Shown here: in pieces, positions 17,534 through 26,515 of the stretch | Layout: every line of letters begins with the position of its first letter | Position numbering within the stretch: position 1 is the first letter of the stretch | The notes under the pieces: model-generated | Seen by the model: only the letters and a program-made list of their open reading frames with translations | Told to the model about the DNA's origin: nothing | Databases searched by the model: none | DNA from: Anaerolineae bacterium | GTDB lineage: Bacteria; Chloroflexota; Anaerolineae; Epilineales; Epilineaceae | Direction: 5' to 3' | NCBI GenBank assembly: GCA_029262755.1 | Contig: JAJCYU010000008.1 | Coordinates: 114 to 64,113 of the forward strand | DNA: 64,000 nucleotides | Made by a program: the position numbers and the translations under genes

Positions 17534-18247
17534 TTATGTGGATACCGATCCAGTCCGCGATCCCGAATCTGACGTCGATTCGGAACTGGACTTCGAACCC
17601 GATGCCGAACCTTCCCCCTCGCCCGCCTCCGTCCCCACCACCGTCGCCCCAAAGTCCCCCGATGCGCGGTCCTCCGAGTGCCGGTAGCGCAGCGTGGCGT
17701 TGCTCAGGCTGCGTAGCGCGTCGGCCTCGCCGCCTTGTGCGAGCTGCACGGAGTTCTGACGTTGCAGGCCGAGGGCCACGCCGATCTCCACGGCGTCCGG
17801 TGTGGAGGCGAGGTACACAATCGTCCAGTTGCCGCGGTCGGTCAGCTCGCGGACCTTGGACTGGACGGCTGCGTGGCTCCATTCGGTGCTGGCGTTCTCG
17901 TGGCCGTCCGTGATGATCACAAAGAGCGCGCGGTCCGTGCTCTTAACGCCGGCTTCCAGCGACACCATCGTCTGCCCCATGGCGTCGAAGAGCGGCGTGC
18001 TGCCCTGCGGCCGGTAGTCCGCGTCGGTCATGGGCAGCATCTCGGCCAGGGGCACGCCCGCGTTGCGCAACTCCACGTCGCGCCCGCCGAACAGCGTCAG
18101 GGACCAGCGGACGTCGTCGGCGGTGGATTGCTGCTGCTCGCCCAGGTAGGCGTTGTAGCTGCCGAGGGCGTCGGCGCGAATAGCGTTCATCGAACCCGAG
18201 CGGTCCAGCAAGACGGCGATGTGCGTGCGTTGTTTCTTCGTGGCCAT
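17534..18247 (-). CDS. von Willebrand factor A (vWA) domain protein with a C-terminal G/S/E-rich tail
   Basis: MIDAS motif IAVLLDRSGSM (DxSxS). RBS GGAGGTGA before the ATG at 18247. The upstream ORF extension is implausible. Confidence 0.65.
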   Translation of the reverse strand: MATKKQRTHIAVLLDRSGSMNAIRADALGSYNAYLGEQQQSTADDVRWSLTLFGGRDVELRNAGVPLAEMLPMTDADYRPQGSTPLFDAMGQTMVSLEAGVKSTDRALFVIITDGHENASTEWSHAAVQSKVRELTDRGNWTIVYLASTPDAVEIGVALGLQRQNSVQLAQGGEADALRSLSNATLRYRHSEDRASGDFGATVVGTEAGEGEGSASGSKSSSESTSDSGSRTGSVST

Positions 18248-18355
18248 GAGGGTCACCTCCTGACTCAAGCCTAGGCGCCCCTCCAACTGCGCCGTGGCTC
18301 CGTGCTGCGCTGGCACGTATTCAGGAGTCGCCCGCGCACGGGTACCGCTCTCTGA

Positions 18356-18520
18356 CTGGCACACAGGCTCGGGGACCCAGACCTCGCAGACGCGATCATG
18401 GACCGCCTCGTTCACAGCGCCTACAGCATCCAAATGAAGGCAGATTCCCAACGCAAGACAGGCCGTTTTCTGGTAGACGGAGCGGAAGCTAGACTGCGCG
18501 CAGGCAATAAGGAGTCGTAG
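18356..18520 (+). mobile_element. istB: Remnant of an IS21-family istB (helper ATPase) 3' end, last ~50 codons only
   Basis: Translation LAHRLGDPDLADAIMDRLVHSAYSIQMKADSQRKTGR matches the IstB C-terminal pattern FGD.vLA.AILDRL.H....I..KG.S.R.K. It is preceded by an in-frame stop, so the rest of the gene is missing. Confidence 0.55.
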
Positions 18521-18521
18521 C

Positions 18522-18773
18522 ATGGAACAGTCCACGGCCGGAGTTCTCGAACGGTTGCTCATCGAGACACAGCAGACAGAGCCTGAACTTATGGCGCTCG
18601 TCTTTCGGACGGGGCTGCGTCAGGTGTGGCGTGAGCACGTTTTGGGTCGATATTTGCGCGGAGAGATCGAGCGGGAGGAGGCGGCCGAAACGGTTGGGCT
18701 CGACTGGGTCGAGTTGGCCGAGCGGCAGCGCGATGCGGCCCTCGATGATGTGGATTGGGCGCTCGTCGCTTGA
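18522..18773 (+). CDS. UPF0175-family antitoxin-like protein
   Basis: 83 aa: LMALVFRTGLRQVWREHVLGRYLRGEIEREEAAETVGL. AAGGAG RBS. The start is 1 nt after the istB-remnant stop. Confidence 0.55.
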   Translation: MEQSTAGVLERLLIETQQTEPELMALVFRTGLRQVWREHVLGRYLRGEIEREEAAETVGLDWVELAERQRDAALDDVDWALVA

Positions 18774-19018
18774 CCAAAGCCGTCTGCGACGCGGGACCGC
18801 TAATCCACCTGCACGAGATCGGAATTCTCGATTCCCATGCAGTCTTCGCCGCGATCCATGTTCCTGGTGCGGTGTGGCAAGAAGCGATGGAGCTCCCCCC
18901 CGCTCACCCCTCCCCCAGCCGCGCCTCCCGCCCGCCCACCGGAAAGCGCCCCTCGTTCCGCGCTACTTTCGCCGCCACCGCCTCGGCCACGTCCACGCCG
19001 ACGGCCTCCGCGATGTAG
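18755..19018 (+). pseudogene. Truncated PIN-like (DUF3368-type) toxin; only ~45 N-terminal residues are recognisable, the rest overlaps the mazG-like gene
   Basis: VCDAGPLIHLHEIGILDSHAVFAAIHVPGAVWQEA matches the DUF3368 N-terminus, after which the sequence is low-complexity. The start overlaps the UPF0175 gene end. Confidence 0.4.
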
Positions 19019-19263
19019 AGCAGGTAGTTCATCACATCCGCGATCTCGTCGGCGACCTCGGCGCGGAAGGCCGGGTCCTGCGCCGCGGCTTCCTCGATCT
19101 CGGCGTCCGTACGCCACAGGAAATGCTCGGCCAACTCGCCGACCTCGATGCCCAGCGCCAGCGCCAGGTTGCGTGGGCGGTGGTGGTGCGCCCAGTTGCG
19201 CGCATCGCGGAAGGCGAGCAGGTGGGCGCGTAGGTCGGCGATGGTGGTGGTGGCGTCGTTCAT
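18904..19263 (-). CDS. MazG-like nucleotide pyrophosphohydrolase domain protein
   Basis: LALALGIEVGELAEHFLW...EVADEIADVMNYLLYIAEAVGVD...KVARNEGR. Confidence 0.7.
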   Translation of the reverse strand: MNDATTTIADLRAHLLAFRDARNWAHHHRPRNLALALGIEVGELAEHFLWRTDAEIEEAAAQDPAFRAEVADEIADVMNYLLYIAEAVGVDVAEAVAAKVARNEGRFPVGGREARLGEG

Positions 19264-19557
19264 GGAAGGGTACCCGTGGTGTTGATGTCACTCGGCACGA
19301 AGGCGGGACGGCGTGAACGCGATGATGGGCGGAGGCGCGGTTCACAGCAAGGTCGTATCGCCCTTGTGACGGATGCTACAACCCGTTCGCCCGAAGACGA
19401 GTACGTTTGGGAGGAACACCGGGCTGGGCGAACGCGTACGGCGAGCATCAGGCGTAACGCGTCGCGCTAACAGTCCCGGCCTTGGGCGCCGCAACATCGC
19501 CGTGACCGCGAATCGTCGACCCTCCATGGCAGTAGACATGGGCACAACGCAGGAAGG

Positions 19558-20361
19558 ATGAGGATGCAACTCCACGGATGGATCTATCTCCCGCTGGCCA
19601 TTGCAGGTGTTGTCGTGGGAACCGTCCGGCACGGGATGACGACCCCGGACGGGGACGAGACCGAGCCGGATCTGCGCGTGGATGCATCGCTGGCCGGCGG
19701 GGAGTTGGTCGTCGAAGGAACGGTCGACTTGCCTGACGGCACAATCCTGTTCGTTGTCATCGCATCCTCGATGTTGCAGGAACCGATGGAGTTTCCAGTG
19801 CCGGTCAAAGACGGAGCGTACCGAGCGACCTTCGCAGGCTTGGTCCCCCCGATGCTCGACGCCGCCGTGCGGGTGCGTTTCGATCCCACCTTTAAGCAAG
19901 GGGGCGCACAGCAGCCGGAGGCAGCGCGAGGCCGCAAAGCCGTGACGGTCGATGCCTCGCACATTGACGCCGCAGACAGTGGGCTCTCGCTCGGCTTCAT
20001 GAACACGGAGGACGACTCGCGCTTGCCGAAACTGGAGGCGCGCGCGGAGGTGGTCGGCAACCAGATCGTCGTCGAGGGGACGACCCAGCTGCCGAGTCGC
20101 GCCGAGCTGATAGTGACACCGTTCGGTTCAGACTGGACGGGCGAGCCGCATCATCCGTCGGTGCGGGATCACGCCTTCTCTACCTCTTTCGGCAAACAAT
20201 TGCTTCCCGGCTACCCACCCTTCGTCGAGGTACACGATCTTCCACCGGATACGATGATCCGCATCACCTTCGATCCCGACATCGCGTATTGGGAGGATGA
20301 GCAGGTACTGGAAGCCCGTCGCATGCTGCCTGGCGTGATCGAGATTCCCATCAAGCGGTGA
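19558..20361 (+). CDS. Membrane-anchored hypothetical protein with an internal duplicated domain
   Basis: N-terminal TM helix IYLPLAIAGVVVG. Repeated blocks LVVEGTVDLPDGTILFVV / IVVEGTTQLPSRAELIVT. Confidence 0.55.
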   Translation: MRMQLHGWIYLPLAIAGVVVGTVRHGMTTPDGDETEPDLRVDASLAGGELVVEGTVDLPDGTILFVVIASSMLQEPMEFPVPVKDGAYRATFAGLVPPMLDAAVRVRFDPTFKQGGAQQPEAARGRKAVTVDASHIDAADSGLSLGFMNTEDDSRLPKLEARAEVVGNQIVVEGTTQLPSRAELIVTPFGSDWTGEPHHPSVRDHAFSTSFGKQLLPGYPPFVEVHDLPPDTMIRITFDPDIAYWEDEQVLEARRMLPGVIEIPIKR

Positions 20362-20540
20362 TCCACGCGGCGGGTTGGAATTCGATAGGGTCGAGATCGA
20401 CCGTGACCTGCTTGACGTCCGATTGCGATAGCCGGTAGCTTCCCCGGCTTATGTGATCTCGGCGTACTGCGGGTTTTCCCTCGTTGACCTTCGAGACCGA
20501 ACTACTCGTGCGCTCCACTCCTGACTGTAGGAGCCCCTCC

Positions 20541-21494
20541 ATGCCCCCGGCCATCGCCCTCGCTACCGTCGCCGGCATCCCCTACGCCGCCGAGCACGAT
20601 CGTCCGCTCGTCGAAGCGCTGCGCGCACGCGGGGTGGCAGCCGAGCGCGTGATATGGAACGATCCGGCCGCGGACTGGGCCCTCTACGGCCTGGTCATCG
20701 TGCGCTCGACGTGGGACTACGACCGACCCGACCGGATCGAAGCATTCCGCGCTTGGATCGATCATGTCGCCGCGCGCACGCAGCTGTGGAACCCGCCCGA
20801 CGTGCTGCGCTGGAACCTCGACAAACGCTACCTGCGCGATCTCGCACGGCGCGGCGTGGCCGTGCCGGAGACCGAGTGGCTCGAGCGCGGCGCGGATGCC
20901 ACACTGGCCGCAATCCTGAACGAACGCGGCTGGCGCGAGGCCGTCGTGAAGCCGGTCGTGTCGGCGTCCGCGCGCGAGACGTACCGCGTGCACCGCGACG
21001 ACGTCGCGGCGGCGGAGCGCACTTTTGCGCGCAACTTGGCGCGTGAGGCGATGATGGTCCAGGCCTTCGTGCCCGAGGTCGTTGCTTGGGGCGAGCTGTC
21101 GGTGATCGTCATCGACGGCGTCGTCACCCACGCCGTCCGCAAGCGCCCCGCGCCGGGCGACTTCCGTGTGCAGATCGAGCACGGTGGCTCGGAGACGCGC
21201 GTCGAGCTCGATGCGCCGATGATCCAGGCCGCCGAACGCGTCCTGCGCGCCGTCGAGCACGATGGTCCGCTGCCCTACGCCCGCGTCGACCTCGTCCCGC
21301 GCGGCGCGGCGGACGTCCGCGCGGAACGCGACGCCGGTCCGATCGGCGACGAGCGATCACCGCGCGACGCCGAGGCTCTGTTGCTCGAGCTGGAGCTCGT
21401 GGAGCCGAGCCTGTTTCTCGACCTGTGTCCGGAGGCCGCCGAGCGTCTCGCGGATGCAGCGGTCGCGGCGGTGGGCGTGGGCGGGGCGACGTGA
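20541..21494 (+). CDS. ATP-grasp domain protein (RimK/glutathione-synthetase-like)
   Basis: AGGAG RBS, ATG at 20541. WNPPDVLRWNLDKRYLRDLARRGVAVPET...AVVKPVVSASARETYRV...MMVQAFVPE...GELSVIVIDG. Confidence 0.6.
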   Translation: MPPAIALATVAGIPYAAEHDRPLVEALRARGVAAERVIWNDPAADWALYGLVIVRSTWDYDRPDRIEAFRAWIDHVAARTQLWNPPDVLRWNLDKRYLRDLARRGVAVPETEWLERGADATLAAILNERGWREAVVKPVVSASARETYRVHRDDVAAAERTFARNLAREAMMVQAFVPEVVAWGELSVIVIDGVVTHAVRKRPAPGDFRVQIEHGGSETRVELDAPMIQAAERVLRAVEHDGPLPYARVDLVPRGAADVRAERDAGPIGDERSPRDAEALLLELELVEPSLFLDLCPEAAERLADAAVAAVGVGGAT

Positions 21495-21672
21495 CGCTGC
21501 GGCAACTATCACGTGGCGCGCGACGAGTCCCGCCGGTCAAGACCGTGACTCGCGACGGTGGCCGTCGACCGCGATCAGCAGCCGCCAAGCACAACTATCG
21601 GCCAATACCCGCCAATCACGAACCACCCAACACCCACCACCCACCACCCCACCACGACTCAGGAGCCCGCCG

Positions 21673-22227
21673 ATGTCCCTCAGCCGCGAAGACCGCGCCG
21701 CCATCCTCCGCCTAGCGCGGCGCTTCGAACGCGACGCGGCATCCGCCATTGAGCACTACGAGGATCCGGACTTCGGTCGGACGAATCGCGGCGGCGGTGA
21801 TGCCGAGGATGCGATCCTCATTCCCTGTGCCCTGCGGGTCGACGGGATTGCCTATGCAGATGCGACGGACTTCGACTACAACGCGGCCATCGCGGCGTTT
21901 CATCACACGGGGACATGGGCGCACGCGGACCTCGCTGAGCGGATGAGCTGCTTATTCGTGCAGCAGCGGTGGCTGTACAAATGGGGCGGCGAGCGCGGTG
22001 GGCGGGATGACGCGGACTGGAACGCCTTCCGCTCGTTGTTCCTGAGTGTCTGCGATCACGATCCGCCGCCCGAGATGGATCCCTATATCTTCAGCGACTT
22101 CCTCGCGTCGTGGGAAGGCGTGATCGGGACCGTAGGCGTGGACGTGAAATCCATCATCCGGGCGATTCACCAGATCACCGAGTACCGACCGTGGCGAGAC
22201 CCGGATGCGCGGGATACATCTCGCTAG
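21673..22227 (+). CDS. Hypothetical protein (184 aa)
   Basis: AGGAG RBS 7 nt before the ATG at 21673. The upstream part of the annotated ORF is Arg/Ser-rich junk. Confidence 0.5.
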   Translation: MSLSREDRAAILRLARRFERDAASAIEHYEDPDFGRTNRGGGDAEDAILIPCALRVDGIAYADATDFDYNAAIAAFHHTGTWAHADLAERMSCLFVQQRWLYKWGGERGGRDDADWNAFRSLFLSVCDHDPPPEMDPYIFSDFLASWEGVIGTVGVDVKSIIRAIHQITEYRPWRDPDARDTSR

Positions 22228-22366
22228 CGGGCCAGAAATCTCTGGGTCACGTGCGTTGATCCACTCGCCATTCCCACGCCGGCGGGTTCGTTGCGTTGCC
22301 TCCCAGCGTCCGATAGCGGATGATGAGCATTAACCTTCCGCCTGCGCCCGTTTCCAGGAGCCTTGC

Positions 22367-23000
22367 CATGACCCTCCGCCGAATCGTCTTCTCCCTAGCC
22401 GCCGCCCTCGCAGTGTTCGCGGGCTTCGCGTCCGCCCCGCCCGCCGCCGCGGGACCCGCGGCCTCCGCGCCCGCGGCTCGCGCCATCGCGCCGGCACTCG
22501 CGCTCCCGGCGCAGAGCCCGTCCGGACCCACGAGCTTCGCCGGAACGCTCGGCACGTTCGTCCAGGTGTCGGATGCCTGTTCCTACTATCCGCTCACCCC
22601 CTGCGGCGGTGGCGCCGAGGTGCAGATCTCCGCGCGCGTCGCGGACGGCCTAGCCGCGTGGGTCGGGCAGACCGTGCGCATCGACGTCGAGTACGAGGTC
22701 TGCGGTAGCGGGATCGCGGGGCAGCCGCTCACCGGTCCCGTCGCGGTGCGCGTCGAAGCGCTCCATGCGCCGTGCCCGGCAGCCGTGACCTGCCGGCGCC
22801 TGACCGGACGTGTACCGGACGCCGCGATCCAGGCGGCGCTCGCCAACCCGAGCAACGTGATGGGCTGGCTCGACCGCTGCAACCCGGCCATCCCCGGCAG
22901 CCCGGTCAACGGTCTGCGCTACAACCTGAGCCTGCGCAACAGCGCCGTGCCCTACCACCCGATTTACAACCATCTTGTGTTCCGCTGCGGCTGCCCATAG
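22367..23000 (+). CDS. Secreted hypothetical protein (signal peptide, Cys-containing)
   Basis: MTLRRIVFSLAAALAVFAGFASA signal peptide; eight Cys. Confidence 0.55.
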
Positions 23001-23218
23001 GCGGGAGCGGGGTATGGGTTCGGGGCCGGCGAGACGCTAGTTCGAAAACAATCTCCACGGCACTGATCCACCCTCAACTGGTGCGGATCCGATGATCGCG
23101 TCGCCCCGAGGTCGCACGTTCGTCGCGTAGTGACTGGCGTGAAGGCAGTCCAGAGTCATATCCTGTGATCACGCCCGCTCCGACATGCTACGATTGCGCA
23201 CCGAGTATTACTAGGACT

Positions 23219-23473
23219 ATGAGCATGGCCATGATGCGCACTTCGATCACGATGGAGGACGATCTGCTCGAACAAGCGACTCGCATCGCCGAGGAGCTCG
23301 AGATATCACGCAGCCGGGTGATCGCCATCGCGATGCGCGAGTTTATCGAGCGGCGGCGCAACAGTCGGACTTTGGATGCCCTGAACAAGGCATACGCGGA
23401 CGAACTCGACTCGGACGAGCAACAATTCCTTCGCGCGGCAACGATTTCCCTCGGTCGGATTGCCGAAGCGTGA
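23219..23473 (+). CDS. mazE: MazE/PemI-type (ribbon-helix-helix) antitoxin
   Basis: MRTSITMEDDLLEQATRIAEELEISRSRVIAIAMREFIERRRN. 4-nt overlap with the downstream toxin gene. Confidence 0.65.
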   Translation: MSMAMMRTSITMEDDLLEQATRIAEELEISRSRVIAIAMREFIERRRNSRTLDALNKAYADELDSDEQQFLRAATISLGRIAEA

Positions 23474-23829
23474 TTCGGCAGGGCGATGTCTATTGGGCGG
23501 ACTTGGGCGCAACCCCCGGATCAGGTCCATCGGAACGACGGCCGGTACTAGTCATCCAAAATGATGTATTCAACTCGAGCCGTATTCGCACCGTCGTAGT
23601 CTGCGCTATCACGACCAACCTGCGGCGCGCTGACGCACCCGGTAACGTCCAGCTTGGCGCGGGCGAGGCCGATTTGCCCCAAGCGAGCGTGGTCAATGTG
23701 TCGCAGATAGCAACACTTGACAGGGCGGAACTCGAAACGTGGATCGGCCGCGTTAATCCGCACCGCGTGCGTCAAATCGTGCGCGGCATGCTGCTCGTTG
23801 TCGTGCCAGGCGAGGCGGACGGAGCGTAG
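23470..23829 (+). CDS. mazF: MazF/PemK-family endoribonuclease toxin
   Basis: MIRQGDVYWADLGATPGSGPSERRPVLVIQNDVFNSSRIRTVVVCAITTN. Confidence 0.8.
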   Translation: MIRQGDVYWADLGATPGSGPSERRPVLVIQNDVFNSSRIRTVVVCAITTNLRRADAPGNVQLGAGEADLPQASVVNVSQIATLDRAELETWIGRVNPHRVRQIVRGMLLVVVPGEADGA

Positions 23830-24287
23830 GGCGTGTCCGCAAGAAACCATTCAGTTGCGCTCGGTCGCTGAACGCGCCGGCAGCGTTGAACGCACCCGCT
23901 CATGGGGGCATTCTGTTATCCCGTCTTATCGCGCAGTCGACGCCGCGCCCCTGAAACGGGCACCGTCACGAAAGCACGGGATCTGCACGCGGAACGACGG
24001 TGCAACGCGCCCCTCGTATCCTGCAGCCACACACGGATCGAGTGTCCCGTTATACCACACAAGGCGGGCGTCCCGCCCCCCAACCTTCCTCATCACGCCT
24101 CCTGCAGCCCTGCTTGTGACGTCGGTCACAACCCGGCAACGCAGGGTGCGTTAAGCTGAGGTGTGCGACCGCGCCGTTCGACCGCGATCGTCCCGCGCCG
24201 AAATCGTCCCTCAACCTACGTCCAACCGCCCCCGCCTCGCCGTCACCGCAGCTGCACGTCCGGACGGCCTGCCCCAAGGAGCCCGCG

Positions 24288-25322
24288 TTGATCGCCCTCT
24301 TCTCGTTCGTTCTCGGCGTCTTCGTCTACTTCTTCTTCCGATCCATCATCTCCGGCTTCTATGCCATCAAGCCCAACGAGCGGGCCGTGCTGACCAGCTT
24401 CGGCCGGGCGGTTCGGATGCCGGCCATGCTCGAGCCGCGTGCACCGGCGCCGGCGTTGAGCGCGGACGAGGAGCAGCGCTATCGCTATCCGGCCGTGGAG
24501 GTCATCAAACCCGGTGGGCCCTACTTTAAGTGGCCTTGGCAGGAGGTGCACCGGGTGGATGTGGCGACGCAATCGGTACCGCTGACCTGGGACCCGACCA
24601 AGCCGCAGAATACGATCGAGGCGGTCACCAAGGACAACCTGACCACGGGGGTCAATGGGCAGATTCGCTATCGGGTCAGCGAGAACAACCTATACGCGTA
24701 CCTCTTCGGGGTGGAGAGCCCGCTCGAGCACGTGATGGGCTACTTTGTGTCCGTGTTGCGCGAGCGCATCGCCACGTTTGTCGATCCACGGGGCGAGAGC
24801 CTCGTGGCTGCCGGAGAGCTCGAGATCGGAGGCGTGACGGCCGCGGAACTGGGCGAGGGCGTGTCCATCAACGATCTGCGCAAGAACCTGCCGCTGCTCA
24901 ACCAGTACATGGAAGAGCAGTGTCTCTCGACGACCGGGCGTTATGGTATCGAGCTCGACGCGGCGCTGATTACCGAGATCGACCCGCCGCAGGCCGTCGA
25001 TCACGCGCTCTCGGCGATCAACAGCACGCGCAATCAGGTGGCGGCCGATATCAGCACCGCACGCGCCAACGCCGAGCAGCAGATCACGATGAGCAAGCGC
25101 GCCGTCGAGATCGCACGCAACAACGCCGAGGCTGAGGTCGCGCCGCTTCGCGAGATGGCGCAGACGCTCGACGGGATCAAGCGCGAGGCTGGGTCGGCCG
25201 GCCTGATGGCCTACCTGCGCAACCAGCGACTGGCGCTACTTGGACGCGCGCGGCGCATCGTGCTCGGCGGGGGCGCATCGTCGCCGCTTGCAGGCGCAGG
25301 GGAAGGAGGCCGCCGTGGATGA
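24288..25322 (+). CDS. SPFH/band-7 (stomatin/prohibitin/flotillin/HflK-C) domain membrane protein
   Basis: N-terminal TM helix LFSFVLGVFVYFFF. SPFH core AVTKDNLTTGVNGQIRYRV, then a coiled-coil tail. TTG start with AAGGAG RBS. Confidence 0.7.
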   Translation: MIALFSFVLGVFVYFFFRSIISGFYAIKPNERAVLTSFGRAVRMPAMLEPRAPAPALSADEEQRYRYPAVEVIKPGGPYFKWPWQEVHRVDVATQSVPLTWDPTKPQNTIEAVTKDNLTTGVNGQIRYRVSENNLYAYLFGVESPLEHVMGYFVSVLRERIATFVDPRGESLVAAGELEIGGVTAAELGEGVSINDLRKNLPLLNQYMEEQCLSTTGRYGIELDAALITEIDPPQAVDHALSAINSTRNQVAADISTARANAEQQITMSKRAVEIARNNAEAEVAPLREMAQTLDGIKREAGSAGLMAYLRNQRLALLGRARRIVLGGGASSPLAGAGEGGRRG

Positions 25323-26205
25323 CGTCGGCTATGGGCTCATCGCGTTCTTTCTCGGCCTGTTCTTCATACCCATGCTCCTGGGCCTGTTCTCCGCCTTTGG
25401 TGTGTTCACCGTTGTGGACGAGGCGGAAGCGCAGGTCTTCACGCTCTTTGGTCGGGTGCTCGGCGTTATCGACGAAGCCGGCCTGCACTCGCCCATCGTT
25501 CGCTTCGGACCGCAGGCGGTGCTGATCCCCTTCTTCGGCAAGCGGACGAAGGTCAGCACGGCGCTGCGCCAACGCTACTTGCGCGGTCAGATGGTCAACA
25601 GCGAGGAAGGAACCCCGATGGGGGTCGGCATCTGGTACGAGATGCAGCTTTCCGATCCCGAGGCCTATCTGTTCCGCAACACGAATCCCGAGGGCAGCTT
25701 GGAGGCCAATGTGGCCTCCAGCACGGTCTCCGTCTTGTCGAACCTGCAGATGGAAAAGCTGCTTGAGGATCGCCATAGCCTCAGCCGCACGGTGCGTGCG
25801 GCCGTGTCGCCCAAGAGCGAGCAGTGGGGCTACCGGCTGGGTTCGGTGTATATCCGCAAGGTCGCGTTCACGGATCGAGGCATGGTGGACAACATCACCG
25901 ACAAGGTGGTGAAGCGACTGGTGCAGGTCACGAGCGCGATCAAGCAGGACGGCGAGAACCGCGTCGGACTGATCGAGAGCGAGACGGCCAAGAAGGTCAG
26001 CCAGCAGCTGGCCGAGGCGGCCGCGATGCGACCCGGCGTGGTCGGCGCGATGCTCAACGAGATCGGACGCGGCGACCCCGAGATCCTCGAAGCGCTGATG
26101 AACGTGCTCGAGACGGAAGAGCTCGTGTCCTCCGGCGCGCCGGTCGAATGGCTGCCGGAAGGTGTGAGCGTGTTGGTGTCGCTTGGGGATTCGCGCGAGA
26201 CGTAG
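25312..26205 (+). CDS. Second SPFH/band-7 domain membrane protein (paralog, translationally coupled)
   Basis: TM helix GLIAFFLGLFFIPMLLGLF, and VFTLFGRVLGVIDEAGLHSPIVRFGP. GTG start overlaps the upstream stop by 11 nt. Confidence 0.65.
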   Translation, partial: AVDDVGYGLIAFFLGLFFIPMLLGLFSAFGVFTVVDEAEAQVFTLFGRVLGVIDEAGLHSPIVRFGPQAVLIPFFGKRTKVSTALRQRYLRGQMVNSEEGTPMGVGIWYEMQLSDPEAYLFRNTNPEGSLEANVASSTVSVLSNLQMEKLLEDRHSLSRTVRAAVSPKSEQWGYRLGSVYIRKVAFTDRGMVDNITDKVVKRLVQVTSAIKQDGENRVGLIESETAKKVSQQLAEAAAMRPGVVGAMLNEIGRGDPEILEALMNVLETEELVSSGAPVEWLPEGVSVLVSLGDSRET

Positions 26206-26515
26206 GCGGCGCAGGCACGCGCATGAAACGCGTGAACGATGCGGAGCAATGGATGGAGGGCCGCCCAGCCGGCAGTCGGACGGCCCTTCGTGCCGATCGC
26301 ACCGCAGGGTTGTGACATCCGACACAGCTCGTGTGACGCCGTCCGGGTAGGCTAGGACTGGGCGAACTCGGGGACGGGAAGGGCCGTCGGGCTGCGATCC
26401 TGCAGCGACCGCGCTTCGCTTTGAACACCCGATGCTACCGGCCTCGCGTCGGCGGCTACCGGCGCCGGAGCGGCCATGTTGCCGTCCGTGCCCTGCCGGG
26501 AGGAGCGTGCGCACC

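Noticed and set aside
16608-17687. 359-aa plus-strand ORF over the DUF429 gene region
   Set aside because: Arg-rich junk. The minus-strand DUF429 and vWA genes have RBSs and family signatures.
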